A stretch of DNA of 64,000 bases from Halorussus marinus (GCF_004765795.1 NZ_SBIV01000001.1:62001-126000); one strand, 5' to 3'. Shown: positions 47,376 through 57,134, numbered from the stretch's first letter. The notes: generated from the letters alone by a model not told the origin. Translations and numbers: made by a program.

Positions 47376-48626
47376 GTGACACACCACTCCGCAACGGCCG
47401 AGTACGACGCGCTGAACGCGGTCCGGGTCCACACGCCCGGCCCCGAACTGCTGACCGGGAGCCTCGACCCCGAGCGATCGCTGTTCTTCGAGCCGGTGGC
47501 GCCCGAACGTGCCCGCCGGGAACACCGACGCCTGATCGAGACCTTCGAGCGTGCGGGCGTCGAGGTCCACCAGCTCGCCGACGACCTCGCCGCGGCCGGA
47601 GCGCTCGACGAGCTGGTCCGAGAGGTCGCGGCCGCGACCGAGTCGACGCCGGGGGACGTCCGCCCGATTCCGGACGTCGACGCCGTCCTCGATGCGTTCG
47701 ACGCCCGCGAGAAGCTCGGGCTGGTGTTGAGCCGCCCGCGATTGCTCGACCGCGACGCCGGGGCGGGCGAGGCCAACTGGTGGGGCCGGTCGGCCGAGTC
47801 GACGGTCGCCGACGTCCGCTTCGAGCGCCCGATCTCGAACATGTACTTCCAGCGCGACCACAACCTGCTCGGCGACGAGGGGCCGATCGTCGCCAACATG
47901 TACGACGCGGTCCGCCAGCCCGAGATCCCGCTGGTCCGGACCGCGTGGGAGGGCGTCGGGGCCGACGTCGCCCATCAGGTGACCGACGAACCAATCGAGG
48001 GCGGGGACTTCGTACCGGCCGGCGACTTCGCGCTGGTAGGCACCTCGGCGGTGGTCGACGGCGAGGAGGAGATCCTCCGGACCAGCTACGCCGCCGGCGA
48101 ACAGTTGCTCGACGCCGGGGCGATCGGGTTCGAGGAGGTCGGACTGGTGCGTGCGCCCCTCGAAGCCGGCCGGGCGATGGCCGAGGAGTACGGCACCGGC
48201 TCGCGGGTCCTCCACCTCGACGGGTGGCTCAACGTCGCGGCTGAGGGGCTGGCGGTCACCCGCGAGCGCCTCGCGGCCGCCGCCGAGGTCGACGTCTACG
48301 AGCGCCGCGGCGACGAGTACCGCCGGCGCGAAACCACGACGGTGCTGTCGTACCTCGACGAGAAGGGCTACGACACGATCAATCCCGACTGGCTCGAACG
48401 CTGGCCGACGAACTTCCTGACCGTCGACGACGGGACGGTGGTCGCGATCTACCGCGACGACGCCGAGGGGACCGGCGAGTACCGCCCCGAGCGCAACCAC
48501 ACCATCGAGGCGCTGAAAGAACGAGGCGTCGAGGTGTTGCCCGACGGTACCGGCCTCCTGCCGAGCGCGCTCACCGCCGGCGGCGGCGGGGTCCACTGCA
48601 TGACGACGCCGCTGTCGCGGGGGTAG
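47376..48626 (+). CDS. Arginine deiminase family (pentein/amidinotransferase fold)
   Basis: NMYFQRD, IEGGD, LHLD, GGGGVHCMTTPL with catalytic Cys, His and Glu/Asp. Confidence 0.88.
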   Translation: MTHHSATAEYDALNAVRVHTPGPELLTGSLDPERSLFFEPVAPERARREHRRLIETFERAGVEVHQLADDLAAAGALDELVREVAAATESTPGDVRPIPDVDAVLDAFDAREKLGLVLSRPRLLDRDAGAGEANWWGRSAESTVADVRFERPISNMYFQRDHNLLGDEGPIVANMYDAVRQPEIPLVRTAWEGVGADVAHQVTDEPIEGGDFVPAGDFALVGTSAVVDGEEEILRTSYAAGEQLLDAGAIGFEEVGLVRAPLEAGRAMAEEYGTGSRVLHLDGWLNVAAEGLAVTRERLAAAAEVDVYERRGDEYRRRETTTVLSYLDEKGYDTINPDWLERWPTNFLTVDDGTVVAIYRDDAEGTGEYRPERNHTIEALKERGVEVLPDGTGLLPSALTAGGGGVHCMTTPLSRG

Positions 48627-48659
48627 CCGCGTCGCCGACGCATCGATTTGTTTCGTGAC

Positions 48660-49709
48660 TCATTCGCCGATCCCCCGAGTCGCGACCAGCCGCCGGAGCG
48701 CGGCGTAGCCGGCGAGCCCACAGACCACGTAGGCGGCCACCATCGCGCGGGTGAGCGGCTGTGGACTGCCGATGGCGAGTTTCGCCACGGTGTTCGCGGG
48801 CGGTTCGGGCAGGAGGTAGGTGGCGCTGAACACGACCAGAATCCCCATCGAGAAGAGGAACTGGGCCTGTTTGCGGTCGCGGAACCGGAGCGCGGCGAAC
48901 GCCCCCATCGCGACCACGCCGACCGAGAAGCCGGTTACGACCAGCAGAATCTCAGCGACGTTCGAGATGTCGGTCCCGTTGAGCGACAGCAGGGCCAGCC
49001 ACGCGCCCGCCTGGAGCGGCGCGAGCGCGCCCATCGCCGCCAGCTTCCCGTCGACGATGTCGGTGGCGGTCAGCGGCGTCACCCGGAGGAGTTCGAGCGT
49101 CCCGCGGTCGTACTCCTCGGCGATGGCGTCGACCGCGACGCTCCCGCTGAGAAACACCGGCAGGAACATCAACAGCGGGAGCAACACGGTGTAAGTGAAC
49201 CCGAAGTACGGGCTCGACTCGCCGTCGCGGGGCAGATCGATCGGCGTCCGTTCGAGTTGGGCCCGGAGGCGCTTCCGCTCGGCGCGCTCGAAGGCGTCGA
49301 GGGCGTCTCGGACCTGCGTCACGACCAGCGTGGTCCGGATGTTGCCGTCGGGGACGACCGCCTCCACGTCGGCCTGTCCGCTCGGGAGCCGGTCGACGTA
49401 GAGGACGGCGTGAACCTCACCACCGCGGAACGCGTCCATCGCCGAGCCGTAACTGCCGTACTCGACGGCCCGCCAGCCGCCCTCGCGCTCGATGACGGGC
49501 GCGATATCGTCGCCGGCCTCACCGGTCACCGCGAACTCGACGACGAACCCCTCCGAGACCGACCCGGGGTCGTACAGCGAGACGAGCCCGACCGCGAGGA
49601 ACGACGAGAACGCCGCGATGAAAAGCTGGATCAGGATCGCGAGCACGATGGTCTTCTCGCTCCGGAGCGACGCCAGCTCCCGGCGCGCGACCGTCAGGCG
49701 CTTACCCAA
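48660..49709 (-). CDS. ABC-2 type exporter permease
   Basis: ARRELASL, EEYDRGTLELLRVTP...IVDGK. Confidence 0.9.
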   Translation of the reverse strand: MGKRLTVARRELASLRSEKTIVLAILIQLFIAAFSSFLAVGLVSLYDPGSVSEGFVVEFAVTGEAGDDIAPVIEREGGWRAVEYGSYGSAMDAFRGGEVHAVLYVDRLPSGQADVEAVVPDGNIRTTLVVTQVRDALDAFERAERKRLRAQLERTPIDLPRDGESSPYFGFTYTVLLPLLMFLPVFLSGSVAVDAIAEEYDRGTLELLRVTPLTATDIVDGKLAAMGALAPLQAGAWLALLSLNGTDISNVAEILLVVTGFSVGVVAMGAFAALRFRDRKQAQFLFSMGILVVFSATYLLPEPPANTVAKLAIGSPQPLTRAMVAAYVVCGLAGYAALRRLVATRGIGE

Positions 49710-51702
49710 GGTAGCTCACCACCGTTAGGTTGTAGCCGGCATGAACCAGCGTCGCGACAGCGAGGGTCCCGAAGTACCACCGCCGATCCCTGCTCGCGCC
49801 GGCGGCGGTGATCGTCGCGGTGACCGCGTGGAGCGCCAGCGGCGCGAAAAACAGCCCTACCAGCACCAGCGGCGACGACTGGATCCCGAGCCCCGTGACG
49901 GTGCCAAACGCCGCCCGGCCGAGTTCGAGGTTCGGGAGCCCGACCAGCTGGGCGACCGCGGTCGCCTTCTCGCCGACGAAAAAGCCAAGCCCCGAGAGGA
50001 ACCCGAGCCACCCGATCGACCGGGCCGACCGGCCGAACCGCTCGTGGGCGAACCCGGCGTAGATCCCGACGCTCTTGGCGACCTCCTCGACGAGCGCGAT
50101 CGCGACCAACAGCGCGGGGATCGACACCGAGACCGGGAGCGCAAAGAGGAGCGCGACCGCCAGCAGTTCGGCGACGAAGACGAACGGGATCGAGAGGGCG
50201 CTCAGCTTCGCGAGGCTCCGGGGGCTCGACAGTTGGCTGTCGAGCGCGTCGAGGAACTTGAGCGGCACCGACCGCTGGGTGAACATGTCCTCCTCGCGGT
50301 AGACGCCCGCGCCCAGCGCGAACAGCGTCCCGGCGGTCAGCAACAGCGGGAGCGTCGAGAACGCGTAGTCGGCGAGCGGGACCGCCCCGCCCCCGAGCGC
50401 CCGGACCACCAGCGTCAGCGGCGAGATGGCCGCGATGGGGTGGACGTCGGTGAAGATCGCGGGGATGAACGCGTAGGAGGTCAGAAGCACCGAGAGGGTG
50501 ACGGTGACGAAGGTGAGCTCCTTGAAAGACCGGGCGAACATCCCGCCGACGAACGCGCAGGCCAGAAACAGCAACGCGATGGGCGCGACCGCCGCGACCG
50601 ACACCGCCGCGGTCGACACGATTTCGAGCGGCGCGTCGCCGCCGGCCGGGGTCAGCCCCGCGATCCCGAGCGCGGTGAGGGTCGCGATGGCGATCATCCC
50701 GACGAGGTACGGGAGGGTCTTGCCCGCGACGATGTCGCCCCGCGAGACCGGCGAGACGAGCAGGAGCTCGCCGCGGTCGTTGATCCGCTCGTTCAGGATG
50801 CTCGACGCGTACGCCTGGATCACGAAGTTCATCGGGAGCACGAACGCGAACGCGAGCACCAGCGACTCGAAGGGGAACGGCGGCGCGATGTCGGCGGGCG
50901 TGCCGCCTCGGGTCTGGTCGGTGAACAGCGACGAGCCGCTCCCGACCGACGGCGCGCCGGCCGGCCCGTCGCCGACAGCGCCGCCGTCGTCGCCTCCGGC
51001 ATCCCTATCGGTGGCGCCGACGGTGTCGCCCCCGCCAGACTCGCCGCCGGCTCCATCGCTGTTGGACTCGCCACTATCGATCTCGTCTCCATTGTCGGTC
51101 GGTCGGCTGGTCGCCTGAAGATCCGCGTCGTCAGTCTCGCCACCGGTGTCGCCCCCGCCGGATTCGCCGCCGCCGAGTCCGACCTCGTCCTCGTCGGTCG
51201 GCCGGGTGGTCGCCGGAGGCTCCGAGTCGTCGGTCCCGGCGCCGGTCGTCGAGACGTTCTGGGCGACGTACCGGAGCGAGACGTTCACCGGGAACGCGGC
51301 GGTCCGGTTTCGCTCGAAGCCCATCAGGTCGTCGTTGTACGCCTGCACCGTCGCGCGCAGTTCGGAGATCGCCGCCTGCCCCTTCTGGGTCGGGGCCGGG
51401 ACCGGCGGTCGGCCGGGCAGGATCAGCACGTCGATCTCGCCGTTGCGGAACGCGCGGGCGTCGGGCTCGACCGCGACGAACGTCGAGTCGTTCGCGACGG
51501 GGCCGCGGTACGGGCTGTCGTCGGCGACGCCGACCTGATAGATACCGTCGTCGAGCGCGATGCCCTTGCTGGCGACCAGCGGCGTGAGCGCGGCCACCAA
51601 CACGAGCACGACCCCGATCGCCGCCAGCGTCCGGCGGTCGAGCTGGCCCGCGTTCTTCGAGACCTCCCATCGGGCGATTCGGAGGGTCTTGTCGGCCTTC
51701 AC
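49702..51702 (-). CDS. ABC-2 permease fused to a PrsW-type intramembrane protease domain
   Basis: ERINDRGELLLVSPV...GKTLPY then EEVAK, FFVGE, LHAVT, HAGYN; GTG start overlapping the ATPase stop. Confidence 0.85.
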   Translation of the reverse strand: MKADKTLRIARWEVSKNAGQLDRRTLAAIGVVLVLVAALTPLVASKGIALDDGIYQVGVADDSPYRGPVANDSTFVAVEPDARAFRNGEIDVLILPGRPPVPAPTQKGQAAISELRATVQAYNDDLMGFERNRTAAFPVNVSLRYVAQNVSTTGAGTDDSEPPATTRPTDEDEVGLGGGESGGGDTGGETDDADLQATSRPTDNGDEIDSGESNSDGAGGESGGGDTVGATDRDAGGDDGGAVGDGPAGAPSVGSGSSLFTDQTRGGTPADIAPPFPFESLVLAFAFVLPMNFVIQAYASSILNERINDRGELLLVSPVSRGDIVAGKTLPYLVGMIAIATLTALGIAGLTPAGGDAPLEIVSTAAVSVAAVAPIALLFLACAFVGGMFARSFKELTFVTVTLSVLLTSYAFIPAIFTDVHPIAAISPLTLVVRALGGGAVPLADYAFSTLPLLLTAGTLFALGAGVYREEDMFTQRSVPLKFLDALDSQLSSPRSLAKLSALSIPFVFVAELLAVALLFALPVSVSIPALLVAIALVEEVAKSVGIYAGFAHERFGRSARSIGWLGFLSGLGFFVGEKATAVAQLVGLPNLELGRAAFGTVTGLGIQSSPLVLVGLFFAPLALHAVTATITAAGASRDRRWYFGTLAVATLVHAGYNLTVVSYLG

Positions 51703-52586
51703 GGCCGGCCCTCCACGTCGGGCGACTCCTCGGCGAGATCGAGGAAGATGTCCTCCAGGCTCGGGGTGTGAGTCTGGATGTCGGTCACTTCGCCGCCGGA
51801 CGCGGCCGCCAGCTCGCGGGTCTCCTCGACGCCGTCCATGCTCTCGACGATCCGGCGGTACGCGCCGTTCTCCGCGACCGCGCCCTCGATGTCGACGGTG
51901 GTGTAGACGTGGTACTCCGTCCGGCCGTGTTCGGCGCGGATCTCCTCGACGGCGCCCCGCGCGACGATCCGACCGTCGTTCATCACGACCACCCGGTCGC
52001 AGATGCTCTCGACGTGAAAGAGGTTGTGCGCGCTGAACACCACCGTCTTGCCCGACTCGGCGAGCTCGCGCGTGAACTCGATGATGTAGTTGGTGGTGAG
52101 CGGATCGAGCCCGCTTGCCGGTTCGTCGTAGATCAGGACCTCGGGGTCGTTGACCAGCGACCGCGCGATGGCGACCTTTCGGCCCATCCCCTTCGACATG
52201 TCGCCGAGCTTGCGGTCGCGGTGGTCGAGATCGAGCCGATCGAGGGTGTCGTGGATGCGCTCGCGGGCGGTCGCCCGGGGCACGTCGTAGAGATCCCCGA
52301 AGAACTCGAGGTACGAGACCGGCGTCATGTCCTCGTAGAGGGGCGACTCCTCGGGGAGAAAGCCGAGGTAGTTGCGCATCTCGGCGTCCTGGGCGTCGTA
52401 GCCGGCGACGGTCGCGGACCCGCTCGTGGGCTCGATGAGCCCCGCGAGCATCTTCAGGGTCGTCGTCTTGCCCGCGCCGTTCGGGCCGATGATGCCGAAC
52501 ACCTCGCCGTCGGGGACCGAGAAGGTGCTTCCCTCGACAGCGGTAAAGCCGCCGTACTCTTTCCGCAGGCTGTCGACGTCTATCAT
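51699..52586 (-). CDS. ABC transporter ATP-binding protein
   Basis: GPNGAGKTT, MSKGM, YDEPASGLDP. Confidence 0.96.
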   Translation of the reverse strand: MIDVDSLRKEYGGFTAVEGSTFSVPDGEVFGIIGPNGAGKTTTLKMLAGLIEPTSGSATVAGYDAQDAEMRNYLGFLPEESPLYEDMTPVSYLEFFGDLYDVPRATARERIHDTLDRLDLDHRDRKLGDMSKGMGRKVAIARSLVNDPEVLIYDEPASGLDPLTTNYIIEFTRELAESGKTVVFSAHNLFHVESICDRVVVMNDGRIVARGAVEEIRAEHGRTEYHVYTTVDIEGAVAENGAYRRIVESMDGVEETRELAAASGGEVTDIQTHTPSLEDIFLDLAEESPDVEGRP

Positions 52587-52698
52587 TCGAGCTGTCCGAC
52601 AGTCGATACCCCGGTGACTTGATTTTATGGGTTACGGGCGCCCGAGACAACCGGGTACGACCGTCCCGATTCGGCCGGGGCGATCGGGGTTCGGACCC

Positions 52699-53088
52699 TC
52701 ACGCCTCCTCGACCGTGTCGAGGACGCGCTGGGAGAGTTCGACGTCCGAGATGTCGCCGTCGTCGTGGGCCGCCAGCCACTCGGCGTCGGCCCGCCAGCT
52801 CCCGCGGACGCCCGCGGCGGGGTCGGGCTCCCCGTCGGCCGACGGCTCCGGGTCGTCGATGTCGTGGACCGTCGCCCGCACGTCGACGGGCTCCCACTCG
52901 CCGTCGGCGAGCGCGTCGAGCAGGAGGTTGAGCACCCGCCCGATCTCGCGGTCCGGAACCGCCTCGCCGGGCGTCGCGGTCTCGTAGTCGAGGGCGAGGC
53001 CGGCGTCGGTTCGCTCCAGGGAGGTCACGTAGACGCCGTGGCTCATCAGTCGCGCTTCGAGTCGTTCGCGGAGATCCTCGGGGTCCAT
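52699..53088 (-). CDS. Acidic hypothetical protein
   Basis: LEARLMSHGVYV...GDISDVELSQRV; host-like codon bias. Confidence 0.75.
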   Translation of the reverse strand: MDPEDLRERLEARLMSHGVYVTSLERTDAGLALDYETATPGEAVPDREIGRVLNLLLDALADGEWEPVDVRATVHDIDDPEPSADGEPDPAAGVRGSWRADAEWLAAHDDGDISDVELSQRVLDTVEEA

Positions 53089-53119
53089 GGGTCCCCGTTC
53101 GGGGTCGAGGCGGTAGTGG

Positions 53120-53341
53120 CTACCGGAAGTCCTGTGAGTCTCGCGGGGTGACACAGCCGCAGGTCACCGCCGGATCGAGCACGTCGTCGACCGGCATCGA
53201 CTCGCCACATTCGGTACAGACGACGCTCGCGGACGGCGTCGTTCGGTAGCGTCGAAGCGCGCCGAGCCCGATCGCGGCGCCGGCGGCGACGCCGACCACC
53301 CCCGCCAACGTCTTGTCGAACAGCGCAGTATCGCGTGCCAT
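53120..53341 (-). CDS. Small membrane-anchored Cys-rich protein (73 aa)
   Basis: One TM helix then CTECG...CGC; TTTAAG about 26 nt upstream. Confidence 0.6.
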   Translation of the reverse strand: MARDTALFDKTLAGVVGVAAGAAIGLGALRRYRTTPSASVVCTECGESMPVDDVLDPAVTCGCVTPRDSQDFR

Positions 53342-53450
53342 GCGCTCGGGAGGTTCGGCCAGAACCTTAAAGCCACTGACGCGCACGACCCGACAGAATT
53401 CGATCCGGCGGGGGTGAAACTTTTTGGCGATCGTCGACTTACCCGGGTGC

Positions 53451-53858
53451 ATGGTCGACTCGCTGTCGAGCACCGGCGTCGAATCCGACGAGAGCGGCGA
53501 CAACACCGCGACCCAGGTCGCGTCGCTGCTCGTGGTCGGACTCGGCCTGCTCGGGCTGTTCGCCGGGATCGAGGGGTTCTGGCTGGTGTTCGTCATCGGG
53601 TTCGCCGTGGTCGTCCCGCTCGTCGACACGCTGTTGGGCGACGACGAGGCGTCGGCCGATCCCGACGCGTCGGTCGAGGCCCCGGAGTCAAAGCAGGAGG
53701 CGCTCGACACCTTGCGGGACCGCTACGCCCGAGGGGACCTGAGCGACGCGGAGTTCGAGCGGAAGGTCGAGCGACTGCTCGAAACCGAGACGCCCGAGAG
53801 CGCTCGCGACCACGTCGCCCGCGAGCGCGGGGGCGAACGCGTCCGCGAGCGCGAGTGA
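53451..53858 (+). CDS. SHOCT domain membrane protein
   Basis: Two TM helices then ALDTLRDRYARGDLSDAEFERKVERLL. Confidence 0.9.
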   Translation: MVDSLSSTGVESDESGDNTATQVASLLVVGLGLLGLFAGIEGFWLVFVIGFAVVVPLVDTLLGDDEASADPDASVEAPESKQEALDTLRDRYARGDLSDAEFERKVERLLETETPESARDHVARERGGERVRERE

Positions 53859-53925
53859 GTTCGGGGCCGGTTTCGAGCGGCTGACAGACGCCACATATAA
53901 AAACCGGTCGAGACAGTTACTACCC

Positions 53926-54300
53926 ATGGTAGAGTTCCTGAGTTACCTCGTGGGGTTCGTCGTGAGCCTCCTCATCGGCGCGTTCGGTATCTACGTCGGT
54001 GCGAGAGTCATCGCTGACCGTGACGACTACGAATACGCAGTGCTCACCGCTATCGTCGGCGCGCTGGTCTGGTGGGTCGTCGCCGGACTGTTCGGACTTA
54101 TTCCGTTCGTCGGGTCGTTCATCGGCGCGGTTCTCGGCCTCCTCGCGTGGGTCTGGGTGATCAATGCGCGCTACCCCGGCGGGTGGGGGACGGCCATCGG
54201 CATCGGACTCGTTGCGTGGCTGTCGGTCTGGGTCGTGCTCGTGTTGCTCGAAGGGATCGGATTCGTCGAGGCGGGTGCGCTCGGGGTCCCGTTCCTCTGA
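53926..54300 (+). CDS. Four-TM hypothetical membrane protein
   Basis: Hydrophobic ORF, RYPGGW motif, TATAAA about 28 nt upstream. Confidence 0.85.
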   Translation: MVEFLSYLVGFVVSLLIGAFGIYVGARVIADRDDYEYAVLTAIVGALVWWVVAGLFGLIPFVGSFIGAVLGLLAWVWVINARYPGGWGTAIGIGLVAWLSVWVVLVLLEGIGFVEAGALGVPFL

Positions 54301-55440
54301 TCAGTCGGCTAATTCTTTGTTGACGAGTTCGGCGGCGTTGCGGATCGCACCCACCGACGAGAGGTAGCCGGCGCCGACGGTCGCCTTGAGCGTCTTCGCG
54401 GCCGCCCCGGTGACGACGGTCGGGCCGACCTGCGCGACCGCGCCGTCGCCGATCGACACCAGCCATCCCGGCGAGTCGAACGCGAACGGTTCGAGCCGGG
54501 GCTCGAAGATGTCGCCGCCGTCGCGATCGGCGTCGACGAGCCGGCCGATGTTTTCGGCGACCGTCCGGGCCTCCCGGATCGCCGACTGGGCGCTCGCCGG
54601 GACGGGCTCGCCGTCGGCGTCCACCACGCGGGCGGCGTCGCCGACGACGAACGTCGAGTCCGAGACCCGGAGGTTGTTCTGGACCTCGGGGCGCTCGCCG
54701 TCGAGGGCGGCCGGCCCCCGGATGCCGCCGGTCCAGACGAACTGGTCGTACGCCAGCGACGCGCCCGACTCGAGGTCGATCGCGTCGTCGGTCGCCTCCG
54801 CGACCGCGGTTCCGGTCCGGATCTCGACCCCGCGGGCTTCGAGGGCCTCCCGGACCGCCCGCTGGAAGTTCTCGGGGAAGGCCGGGGCGACGGTGTCGTA
54901 CTGTTCGAGCAGGGTGACGGTCACGTCGTCGCCGGCGCCCTCCTCGTCGGCGAACGCCGCGAGTTCGCCGGCGACCTGCACGCCCGACAGCCCGGCGCCG
55001 CCGACCACGACCCGGCCGCCGGCCTCGAGCGCGGCGAGGAACTCCGCGCGGATGGCCTCGGCGTCGGGAATCGACTTCAGCGGGGTGGCGTGGTCCTCGA
55101 CGCCCGGCAGGTCGTAGAAGGCCGTCTCGGCGCCGAGACACACCGCGGCGTAGTCGTAGGCCAGTTCGTCGCCGTCGGCGAACGTGACGACGCCGGCCTC
55201 GGGGTCCACGTCGGCGACCTCCGCCTTCCGGAGTCGGGCGCGGTCGAGCACCGCCTCCAGCGGGACCTCGATGTCGTCGGCCAGCGAGGGCCGGCGGATC
55301 ACGCGGTGGATCTCGTGTTGGACGAGGTGGCTCCCCGTCCGCTCGACCACCACGAGTTCGACGTCGTCGGGAACGGTGCGCTCTAGCTTTCGGGCGAGGC
55401 TCAGTCCGGCGTACCCCGCGCCGAGGATGGCGATTCGCAT
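54301..55440 (-). CDS. Type II NADH dehydrogenase-like FAD oxidoreductase
   Basis: ILGAGYAG, VVGGAGLSGVQVAGE, VWTGG, VGD, PASAQSA. Confidence 0.9.
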   Translation of the reverse strand: MRIAILGAGYAGLSLARKLERTVPDDVELVVVERTGSHLVQHEIHRVIRRPSLADDIEVPLEAVLDRARLRKAEVADVDPEAGVVTFADGDELAYDYAAVCLGAETAFYDLPGVEDHATPLKSIPDAEAIRAEFLAALEAGGRVVVGGAGLSGVQVAGELAAFADEEGAGDDVTVTLLEQYDTVAPAFPENFQRAVREALEARGVEIRTGTAVAEATDDAIDLESGASLAYDQFVWTGGIRGPAALDGERPEVQNNLRVSDSTFVVGDAARVVDADGEPVPASAQSAIREARTVAENIGRLVDADRDGGDIFEPRLEPFAFDSPGWLVSIGDGAVAQVGPTVVTGAAAKTLKATVGAGYLSSVGAIRNAAELVNKELAD

Positions 55441-55549
55441 TCGTCCGGACCTAAGAACCCGGAGGGCTTAGTAGTGGGTGGGAGGGTTCGGGCGATCGAA
55501 CGACCGCCGAGTACGAACGCTTAAAAAGTGTTAGGTATGTAACTACAAC

Positions 55550-55768
55550 ATGGATCGCGAGCGACTCGTCGGCCTGCTGGCCCACTGGCGGACGTGGTGG
55601 GACCTCGCGACGGTCGTCTTCGGCGTCTGGCTACTAGCGGTCCTCTTCGGGACGTCCCATCCGGCGATTCCGGCGGTCGCCTTCCGGCTCGGACTGCCCG
55701 CGTCCGTCGGCCTGTTTTTCGTCGGGTTCGGGTGTCTCGCGTGGCGCCAGCGCGGCGACCGAGAGTGA
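55550..55768 (+). CDS. Small two-TM hypothetical protein
   Basis: 72 aa; TTAAAA about 28 nt upstream. Confidence 0.6.
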   Translation: MDRERLVGLLAHWRTWWDLATVVFGVWLLAVLFGTSHPAIPAVAFRLGLPASVGLFFVGFGCLAWRQRGDRE

Positions 55769-55796
55769 GGGCGCCACTCTCCTCGGGTGCGACGGG

Positions 55797-56072
55797 CTAC
55801 GCCTCGTTCTCCGCGTCGGACGTGTAGGCGAGTTCGAGTCGGAGCCGCGCGGTACACGAGACGTTCGAGACGTCGAAGTCCAGCCCCTCGACCTGCTCGT
55901 CGAGGTAGCCGTTGCACCGGCCGTGCTGGACGAGGTTCTCGACGGTCGCGGGCGAGCCACACTCCGGGCAATCGAAGTAGTAGCCGCTCTCGCTCTCGTG
56001 GAGCGCGTCGGGCTCCAGATCCATGCGCACGGCCGCTTCCCAGTCGGTGTCGGGCGCGTCGGTGTCTGCCAT
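55797..56072 (-). CDS. Small CPxCG zinc-binding protein
   Basis: FDCPECGS plus two further Cys; acidic. Confidence 0.75.
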   Translation of the reverse strand: MADTDAPDTDWEAAVRMDLEPDALHESESGYYFDCPECGSPATVENLVQHGRCNGYLDEQVEGLDFDVSNVSCTARLRLELAYTSDAENEA

Positions 56073-56180
56073 GCCACAGACGACGGGCCATCGACGGGTA
56101 ACAGCTACGGCCGTCTCCCGTCGCCGCGCCGGTCCGGCGTTCCGAAACCCACAAGCGCGGCTCGCGCGAACGTCCCGTCG

Positions 56181-57134
56181 ATGGAGCCACTGGAGCGCTA
56201 CGAACCGATCGTCGACGACTTCGACGCCTTCCGGGCGGCCTGCGAGCGGCCGCTCCCGACGGCGGTCCGGGTCAACACCATCGAGGCGACCGTCGAGCGC
56301 GCCAAGCGCGCGCTCGAAGCCGACGGCGTCGAGTGGACCGACCGCGAGTGGTCCGACGAGGTGCTTTCGGTCGACACCGACAGCCCCGGGAGTACGTGGG
56401 CCTCCTTCCACGGCTGGATCCACGGCCAAGAGGAGGTCTCGGCCATCCCGGCGACGGTGCTCGCGCCCGAACCCGGCGAGCGCGTCTGGGACGCCTGCGC
56501 CGCGCCCGGGAGCAAGACCACCCAGCTCGCGGCGCTGATGGACGACGAGGGGCTGGTCGTCGCCAACGACAACAACCTCGGGCGGCTCTCGGCGCTCCGG
56601 TTCAACACCGAACGCCTCGGCGTGACCAACACGGTGGTCGTCAACAGCGACGCCCGGCACTTCTCGTTGAAGCCGTTCGACGCCGACGAGCGAAACGCAT
56701 CGGGCTCCGAGGCGCGGTCCCAGAACTTCGACGCCTTCGATAAGGCGCTGGTCGACGTCCCCTGTTCGTGCGAGGGGACCATCCGGAAGAACCCGACTGT
56801 GCTCGACGAGTGGACCATGGACCACGTCCGGAGCGTCGCGGGCGTCCAGAAGGGGATCCTCCGGCGGGCGGTTCAGGCGACCCGCGAGGGCGGAACGGTT
56901 GTCTACTCGACCTGCACGTTCGCTCCCGAGGAGAACGAGGCGGTGCTCGACCACGTCCTCGACGCCGAGGACTGTCACCTCGTCGAGTTCGACGTCGACC
57001 TCGATTCGCGGCCCGGCGTCACCGAGTGGGACGGCGAGCGCTACGACGACAGCGTTCGGAAGGCCCGGCGGTTCTACCCACACCACAACGACACCGGCGG
57101 GTTCTTCTGCGCGAAGTTGGAGGTGGACGCATGA
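56181..57134 (+). CDS. RsmB/NOP2/Trm4 family RNA m5C methyltransferase
   Basis: DACAAPGSKT, DVPCSCEG, VYSTCT, GGFFCAKL. Confidence 0.95.
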   Translation: MEPLERYEPIVDDFDAFRAACERPLPTAVRVNTIEATVERAKRALEADGVEWTDREWSDEVLSVDTDSPGSTWASFHGWIHGQEEVSAIPATVLAPEPGERVWDACAAPGSKTTQLAALMDDEGLVVANDNNLGRLSALRFNTERLGVTNTVVVNSDARHFSLKPFDADERNASGSEARSQNFDAFDKALVDVPCSCEGTIRKNPTVLDEWTMDHVRSVAGVQKGILRRAVQATREGGTVVYSTCTFAPEENEAVLDHVLDAEDCHLVEFDVDLDSRPGVTEWDGERYDDSVRKARRFYPHHNDTGGFFCAKLEVDA

